From positions 1 through 28,737 of IMG/VR virus record IMGVR_UViG_3300025018_000448: DNA of 28,737 nt; one strand, 5' to 3'. Positions 23,801 through 28,737 of this stretch are shown piece by piece. The stretch is from a virus. Its lineage: Duplodnaviria > Caudoviricetes. A model generated the notes under the pieces. It saw nothing but the letters and a program-made list of their open reading frames with translations, searched no databases and had not been told where the DNA came from. Both the position numbers and the translations under genes were made by a program. Positions within the stretch are counted from its first letter, which is position 1. Each line of letters starts with the position of its first letter.

Positions 23801-26800
23801 GCTACCCTGGAGAGTGAGCTAGGTGTTGCTGGGGCTAAGAGAGTCAGAGATAAGCAAGAGACTACCCTAAGGGAAGACGATAATGCCCTGTATGACGTTT
23901 CTGATAGACTTAGATGGAAGAAGAACAGAGAGCCACAGCTTACTGATGAGTTCATAAATACTGTAATAGATGGCTACTTAGCACCAGTGAACTATAACCC
24001 TCTTGAGGCTATCTTAAGATTCTCTAAGGAGTATCCTAATCCTAGGACACAAGATCTTATAGATACACAAATGTTTCTAGTGTCTTCTCTTATGGCTGAG
24101 AAGACTGTAATGAAGAACTACTTTACAAATAACTATAGGAATGCCTTAGAGCTCCTAGATGGCGTTATAGCTAATGGAGGGAAGGAAGCTAAAGCTTTAG
24201 CTGAGTTCATTAGGGAAAGTCCTAAGATCAAGGAGTTAGAGAATATACCAGTATCTGTAAGCGATGGTGTCTCCTTCTTTACTGCTAGGGATGATGGGTC
24301 TATCTCTATAAGGTCTAATGGTATGATGGATGTTAATGTATGGCTACATGAAGTTCAACATGCAGCTACATCCAGGGAGATCCTTAGCAATGAGAAGATG
24401 AGAGAAGAAGTGAAGGTGATGATGAGGAACCTGGAGAATAACTCAGGACTCTCCAAGGACCAACTTAAGGCAGTTGAAGCAGCCAAGGGTTCTTCTTCTA
24501 AGTTCAATGAGATTGCCAAGGACTACTCAGTGTTTACTGATGCCCAGATGAACATAGCATACTCCCTTGTTAATGAGAGAGAATTCCTTGCACAGATATA
24601 TAGCTCTTCTGCTGTAAGGGATCTTGCTAGGAGAACTAGGCATACTGCAGGTAGCTTTAGGGATTCGGTATGGAAGCGTATCAAGCAGTTCTTCTCTGAT
24701 GTCATGAAGTTACCTAAGGAGTATGATAGTGTACTTGAGGCTGCCTTGAGGGTGTCTGAGAGACTCTATAGGGTAAACTATAAGACTGGGTTATCGTTTA
24801 CTGATATGTCTCTAGAGACAGAATCTAGGAGGAATGAGACTCCTGATGAAGCTGTAAGAAAGATACTGGCTGAGAGAAAGCAGGAGAGTGTCCTCAAGGG
24901 CAAGTTAGAGGAGAAGATGTCTCAAGCACTGGAGTCTTTCAAGAAGCTTGCAGTGCCTATCTCAGATAGCTTAAAGAGGATCTCTGAGCCTATATATGCT
25001 AAGCTAATAGAGATGGAAGCTATCCAGAACTTTAAGGGGGCTAAGTATAGTAAGGGTATCTCTCCGTTCCTCAGCTACTATAAGGGACTAACAGTATCAC
25101 AGAAGGTACGTCTAGACTATGGACTTATGAATAATCATGAGGATGTCTGGAATGAGATGCCTAGGAATGTAAGGGCAGAGCTGGAGAATGTACTTGGGGA
25201 TATAGGAGATAGGGGAATAGCTGTTGGATACCTTACTAAGAAGAAGCCTAGGTACTACCCTAGGAGAGTAAAAGATATAGAGGGTCTTATAGAGCACCTT
25301 ACAAAAGGTATGGATGAGAAGGGGCCTATAGCTGTAGCCCTTAAGGCTAAGGCTGATAGTGTCGGTATGCAGGTCTCTGAGTTACCAAGGGCTATGAGGA
25401 ATCAGGTAATTACTGATATGTTATCCTCTGGGGAGATCATGCAGTTACCTAAGCCTGGGTCTGTTAAGAAGAGAAGCATAGGTAAAGTTACCTCTGATCT
25501 AGTACCTTTCTATATGAACTCTTCTGATGCTCTTATAGCACACGTCTATGAGTCTAATGATAAGTTATCTATGAAGGAGTTTGTAGGGGCGTCTGGGAGG
25601 AAGAAGAAAATTAAAGATCTTATGAGCCTTAATACTAAGATAGATAAGGAGACTGATGAGACTAAGAGAGCTCTTCTCTTGCAGAAGTGGGAAGAAGATG
25701 CTAAGGCTTTATCTGATCTGGAGGAGGATCTTGAGGGTGGTATCCAGGAGCTAATAGATAAGGAGCTTAGCACAGAACCTAAGGCTAAACAAGTAGAAGT
25801 ATTCTCTATGCTATCTGCCAGGATGAGACAGAAGGGAGCCTCTGGGATCTATGATACATTTAGAAACATAGGCTATATAGCAACTATGGGTAATATGCTT
25901 AGTGCTATTACTCAGTTAGGTGATATTCCTATCATATTCTATAGCTACGGTATCAATAGGGAGACTGTAGCAGCTGCAGGTAAGGCCTTTAAGAATGTAG
26001 CTACAATAGCCAGGGGAGAGCTTACAGGGAAGAGTATACAATCAGATGCCTTTGTATTTGATATGGACTTCCAGAACTCCCTCAGAGAATTTACATCTGG
26101 CAATAAGCTTAGTGCTAAGGCTCTAGAGACAGTCTTTAAGTACTCAGGACTCAAGTATATGGATCTTGTAGGTAAGGAAGCTAGGATGCAAGCAGCATAT
26201 AGCTACTACCAGAAGCCTAAGAACAGGGAGGAATTTATAGAGAAGTATAAGTACTTCTTTGAGAATCCTGAGGAGATACTACAGAAGATTCAGCTTGGCA
26301 ATAAGAGGGATAAGGATGTTCTTACTGTACTCTTTACTGAGCTATCTGACTTCCAGCCTATAAGTTTATCTCAGCAATCTGAGGTGTACCTTGGTAGTGC
26401 CAATGCTAGGATGTTCTTTGCTCTTAAAACCTTCACCTTGAGAACTACCAGTGCTGCCATAAGGGAGGGCCTGGTAGAGATTAAGAAGGGAGGCCCCAAG
26501 GATATAGCTAGGGGTGCCATGAAGATCACTGCTATACTTGCCCTGTATGCAGCTGCTGGTGCTGGGACTGATGAGCTAAAGGATCTTATAACTGGTAAGG
26601 AGAGCGGCTTCAAGGATAATACTATAGATAACTTAATGCAGCTATTCTTTATCTCTAAGTATACTGTAGAACAGGGGATGCAGAGAGATCAGTTACTACA
26701 AGGTCTCTTGGAAGATCTTATTCCTCCTGTTCGTTATGCTGACCAGTTAATAGGGGATATCAATGGGCTTGTGTCTTCTGAGAAAGACTTTGAGTTCAAG

Positions 26801-27046
26801 TCATTAAGCTGGATGTTGCCTGTCATAGGCTCTACCTTGCAGAGACGTAGTGATCCACAGCAAGCTAAGTATGCCGAACAGTATCGTACTGATATACTGG
26901 AGGATGTAAAGAAGAATGCTAAGAAGAGAAGAGGAGCATACTATGGAGGAATAACAGAGAGGGTAAGGGAGTACAATAAGAAGGTAGTAGATAAAGAGAA
27001 GAGAATAGATAGCTCAGTTATTATGAACGCTTATAAAAGAGAATAA
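20807..27046 (+). CDS. very large internal virion / DNA-ejection protein with zincin-like metallopeptidase motif
   Basis: 2079 aa; N-terminal Gly/Ala hydrophobic segments; VWLHEVQHAAT (HExxH) with downstream NEREFLAQ; position typical of the largest podovirus ejection protein. Confidence 0.75.
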   Translation: MGYLEDNGFVEEPETLDDMRYQNTLMSKGDRDTTLDYLSAAFRGFGTAINMSGASLQQMGAEDAGQVVRDAGSSMLESEFAKPDPAEFFGKEGLLKRGTMVAVESTAASTAPLLSGIAGSAVGSPLVGAGAAGVTGFLQYGLGGKKIAFENITKEKPDMPLEEREEYSWRVGMNEAIPEMLGDMISIASGGILAEGKPVLSAGFKALFNSGELTAKEAVATAFKGASPAAIAKVTGFNAGISTGTETVTELLNRANRESYELPAQNMDFPTLLVAAAFPGPVGTAAGYVGGRLKIASIKKGVEDALSSGDIETRLATSELLSNRISEIDPEFGQKFKETIVPLAIEGPVSLETVINKRTTIDEVIDTPEKVMESSGIPLGGSELRTTNRAEEFKKEEEARIATEEAQKLTVESRLAPFKAKQETSISITDGIAKEEAQRRMASISAKVEDYMKTVEPDTSLLTRLDAATGKVVPATIAEASVPLYDALILDNARSQAIKEGMQRVLVDSNKLAEITDLDEREVLQNRIQKTQKQIVKEVTAHTKEKGKAVVAPVEQKISKVAPPIAELPKLRDEDIARAQMEAGVTKTSTVAPTAKVEAEDTTTPLEAEKNVEVAKSAPRVVPEGKTYKEQLLVTQKLEEDLARAQTAAKSGKPEEATAAKELSSILAEDVQVSRKRLQSMPKPGIEPIVFKNKKEAQEAARLGAPEKMGESEVAIALGLQDRGVDVTPAIRLILGKQKKLGKQDLEDPVKVKEAVDTIAKVLETPQQIKATGVGEGRSIEFHDGTKLIYMGASLEAPKRWMVKQGPLTKRVSSEPLGRKAIAEGTVKDLKDYADEGRKDVLAKDMPKLTQEQKDLVTKFIKNEKYEAYGPSGDVALAASLLAADGKLYENGKLNVKGLKSKTKSITDTITRKSSESMSAGQAGVTSGVTEKLELSTEEDIVLPAEKPVRTKAEVAAERKAKREALESTVVKVEATEDLKAQILARHKEAMAKKKASGATLESELGVAGAKRVRDKQETTLREDDNALYDVSDRLRWKKNREPQLTDEFINTVIDGYLAPVNYNPLEAILRFSKEYPNPRTQDLIDTQMFLVSSLMAEKTVMKNYFTNNYRNALELLDGVIANGGKEAKALAEFIRESPKIKELENIPVSVSDGVSFFTARDDGSISIRSNGMMDVNVWLHEVQHAATSREILSNEKMREEVKVMMRNLENNSGLSKDQLKAVEAAKGSSSKFNEIAKDYSVFTDAQMNIAYSLVNEREFLAQIYSSSAVRDLARRTRHTAGSFRDSVWKRIKQFFSDVMKLPKEYDSVLEAALRVSERLYRVNYKTGLSFTDMSLETESRRNETPDEAVRKILAERKQESVLKGKLEEKMSQALESFKKLAVPISDSLKRISEPIYAKLIEMEAIQNFKGAKYSKGISPFLSYYKGLTVSQKVRLDYGLMNNHEDVWNEMPRNVRAELENVLGDIGDRGIAVGYLTKKKPRYYPRRVKDIEGLIEHLTKGMDEKGPIAVALKAKADSVGMQVSELPRAMRNQVITDMLSSGEIMQLPKPGSVKKRSIGKVTSDLVPFYMNSSDALIAHVYESNDKLSMKEFVGASGRKKKIKDLMSLNTKIDKETDETKRALLLQKWEEDAKALSDLEEDLEGGIQELIDKELSTEPKAKQVEVFSMLSARMRQKGASGIYDTFRNIGYIATMGNMLSAITQLGDIPIIFYSYGINRETVAAAGKAFKNVATIARGELTGKSIQSDAFVFDMDFQNSLREFTSGNKLSAKALETVFKYSGLKYMDLVGKEARMQAAYSYYQKPKNREEFIEKYKYFFENPEEILQKIQLGNKRDKDVLTVLFTELSDFQPISLSQQSEVYLGSANARMFFALKTFTLRTTSAAIREGLVEIKKGGPKDIARGAMKITAILALYAAAGAGTDELKDLITGKESGFKDNTIDNLMQLFFISKYTVEQGMQRDQLLQGLLEDLIPPVRYADQLIGDINGLVSSEKDFEFKSLSWMLPVIGSTLQRRSDPQQAKYAEQYRTDILEDVKKNAKKRRGAYYGGITERVREYNKKVVDKEKRIDSSVIMNAYKRE
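24807..24820. promoter_or_regulatory. TGTCTCTAGAGACA palindrome, copy 7 (intragenic)
   Basis: Exact 14-mer inside the 2079-aa gene. Confidence 0.65.
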
Positions 27047-27053
27047 TGGTGCT

Positions 27054-27419
27054 ATGTTTAAATCTAAGTTGATCTTAGAACCATATGAGGAGGAGGGAAG
27101 GTTTCGTCTAGTCTTCCCTCTAATTTACTATAGCCCCAGGGAGGACATAGAAGTATTTGTACCTTGGGGCTTTGATACTGATGGTGCATCTATCCCCCCG
27201 ATATTCAATGAGATCTGGAAGATAGGTGGAGAGGCTATGGCACCTGCTGTAATACATGATTATCTCTATAGGTCTCAGTTAACATCTAAGACTGTAGCTG
27301 ATAGGATATACTTGGAAGCTATGGAGGAAGTCGGTGTATCCAAGTTTAAAAGGTATGCTATGTACTACACTGTACGTATCTTTGGTAATAAGGCTTGGAC
27401 TCTATACAGCAGAGGATAA
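27054..27419 (+). CDS. DUF1353-like protein
   Basis: 'VPWGFDTDGASIP...PAVIHDYLY...ADRIYLEAM...MYYTVRIFG' matches the family pattern as I recall it. Confidence 0.8.
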   Translation: MFKSKLILEPYEEEGRFRLVFPLIYYSPREDIEVFVPWGFDTDGASIPPIFNEIWKIGGEAMAPAVIHDYLYRSQLTSKTVADRIYLEAMEEVGVSKFKRYAMYYTVRIFGNKAWTLYSRG

Positions 27420-27421
27420 CC

Positions 27422-27736
27422 ATGCAGATGCTAGAAGATGTTTGTAAGTACCACATGCAGGACCACTCAGTAGTCCTGGATTTAAAAGAGTCCATACGCG
27501 ATATTATTGAGGGACAGAACGAGATGCGTAGTGGGCTTATTGCTTTAACAGAGGCATTCAAGAATATGGATAGGCTAGAGGTTAGGCTAGATAAAATGGA
27601 GGTTGAGAGATCACGTCAAGAGGATAAGAGAGACAAGGAGGTAGAGGAGCTTAGAACCTTTATGAATAAGGCACTAGGCATAGGAGCTGCAGTAGTAGCT
27701 ATAATGTCTATAGCACTTAAGTTTATAGGAGTCTAA
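27422..27736 (+). CDS. coiled-coil protein with one C-terminal transmembrane helix (holin-like / lysis accessory)
   Basis: C-terminal ALGIGAAVVAIMSIALKFIGV; start ambiguous (ATG 27422 or 27428 after AGAGGA; ORF track uses TTG 27395). Confidence 0.5.
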   Translation: MQMLEDVCKYHMQDHSVVLDLKESIRDIIEGQNEMRSGLIALTEAFKNMDRLEVRLDKMEVERSRQEDKRDKEVEELRTFMNKALGIGAAVVAIMSIALKFIGV

Positions 27737-27737
27737 T

Positions 27738-28346
27738 ATGGTCATGAGAGTAGTAACTGCAGGAGGGGACTTCTCTTATAGGAATGCTAAGAGAATCAAC
27801 CAGAACTTCAGTGAGATAGATGATAAGCTCCTGGGTTGGGAGGATCTAAGATTTCCAGCAGCAGCTATAAATCCCTTAGGTGCTGTCTCTGATCCAGATC
27901 TAGAGTTAACTGGTGTCTTTACAGGTACATACCTTTTTGACCAAGGATCCACAGAGGTTATAGCAGGTCAAGCTCAGCTACCACATGCTATGAAGACTGG
28001 TAGTATGCTCTACCCTCACGTTCACTGGTGCCCCACTACTACCAATGTAGGCAACGTAAGGTGGCGTATGGGGTACATCGTGGCTGATATGGGTGAAGTC
28101 TTCCCAGCAGCCTATACGGTCTTAGATACTACTGGTCCGACTGGTGGCATAGCCAATATGCATAGGATAGTCTACTTTGAACCTGTAGACTCTACGGGTA
28201 TGTCTTTATCTGCTATGCTTATCTGGAAGATCTCTAGGCTCGGGGGTGATGTACTAGATACTTACCCAGCTGATGCTAGACTCTTAGAGTTCGATATACA
28301 TTACCAAGTAGATGAAGTGGGGAGCTCTGAGCAAGGAGCTAAATAG
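27738..28346 (+). CDS. hypothetical beta-rich protein, possibly virion-associated
   Basis: AGGAG RBS; 202 aa; N-terminal 'KRINQNFSEID' resembles fibre/appendage attachment segments. Confidence 0.65.
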   Translation: MVMRVVTAGGDFSYRNAKRINQNFSEIDDKLLGWEDLRFPAAAINPLGAVSDPDLELTGVFTGTYLFDQGSTEVIAGQAQLPHAMKTGSMLYPHVHWCPTTTNVGNVRWRMGYIVADMGEVFPAAYTVLDTTGPTGGIANMHRIVYFEPVDSTGMSLSAMLIWKISRLGGDVLDTYPADARLLEFDIHYQVDEVGSSEQGAK

Positions 28347-28347
28347 A

Positions 28348-28361
28348 TGTCTCTAGAGACA
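28348..28361. promoter_or_regulatory. TGTCTCTAGAGACA palindrome, copy 8
   Basis: Exact; fills the intergenic gap and abuts the AGGAG RBS of ORF 28374. Confidence 0.75.
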
Positions 28362-28373
28362 GGAGAATAAGTT

Positions 28374-28673
28374 ATGGCAACGAATGTTGATGCAGTACTT
28401 GGGATTGGTGGTACCAGTCCTGCTTTCCTCTTGGTAGGTAACTGTGATGTAGTAGTCCAAGGGCTTACCACAGGTGCTGTTAAGCTACAGTATAGACTCT
28501 CACCAACAGTGGCTCTACCAGTCCCCGAGTGGAAAGACTTTCCAGATGGTAGCTTTATTGTAGATACCTATCAGACAATCTTTATCTCAGATCATGGAGT
28601 AATCTTTAGACTTCTTGGTGTAGGGAATAACGCTGGTGTATATGTACGTATGGCTAAGTTCATGAATGATTAA
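28374..28673 (+). CDS. hypothetical protein
   Basis: 99 aa, AGGAG RBS. Confidence 0.7.
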   Translation: MATNVDAVLGIGGTSPAFLLVGNCDVVVQGLTTGAVKLQYRLSPTVALPVPEWKDFPDGSFIVDTYQTIFISDHGVIFRLLGVGNNAGVYVRMAKFMND

Positions 28674-28684
28674 GGAGTCTCTTT

Positions 28685-28737
28685 ATGTCACTTTATAGTA
28701 AGCTTACACCAGCACTCTTTAGATCCCTAAGCCCTCC
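28685..28737 (+). CDS. 5' end of a hypothetical protein running off the window (MSLYSKLTPALFRSLSP...)
   Basis: AAGGAG at 28673-28678, ATG 28685, open to the window edge. Confidence 0.55.
   Translation, partial: MSLYSKLTPALFRSLSP

Noticed and set aside
18885-26613. Many - strand ORFs, including the 334-aa 18885..19889
   Set aside because: Ser/Leu-rich shadows opposite well-formed + strand genes; no RBS or recognisable motifs.
1815-28673. Stop-codon recoding as the explanation for the broken capsid gene
   Set aside because: Other genes are intact in the standard code and end in TAA, TAG or TGA; the breaks are fully explained by introns.

Overview
Morphogenesis (late) arm of a tailed, podovirus-like bacteriophage. 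Order on the + strand: putative terminase small subunit, terminase large subunit, portal, scaffold, major capsid protein, two tRNA genes, head-tail/nozzle proteins, a glycine-rich fibre module, several internal/ejection proteins including a 2079-aa HExxH protein, a DUF1353-like protein and a holin-like membrane protein. The first ~550 nt hold divergent small - strand genes, followed by a ~1.2 kb largely non-coding control region. Main result: the ORF track misses most of the major capsid gene because it is split into four exons (7388-7494, 8458-8501, 8757-9482, 10416-10504; 321 aa when joined) by three group I introns. Intron 2 is a canonical ORF-less ribozyme. Introns 1 and 3 are related stripped-down ribozymes (no P2, no P5; intron 1 also has no P9 and apparently no U.G splice-site wobble), each carrying a two-motif LAGLIDADG gene. 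Read-through into unspliced intron 3 would add SDDYETLLAA-stop, an ssrA-like degron, to a nearly full-length capsid protein. Other features: a 12-bp palindrome GTCTCTAGAGAC present at least 8 times, a tRNA with a Thr anticodon on a Cys-like body, and a V(L/M)QG motif shared by consecutive ejection proteins. All calls are by eye; no searches or folding programs were run.
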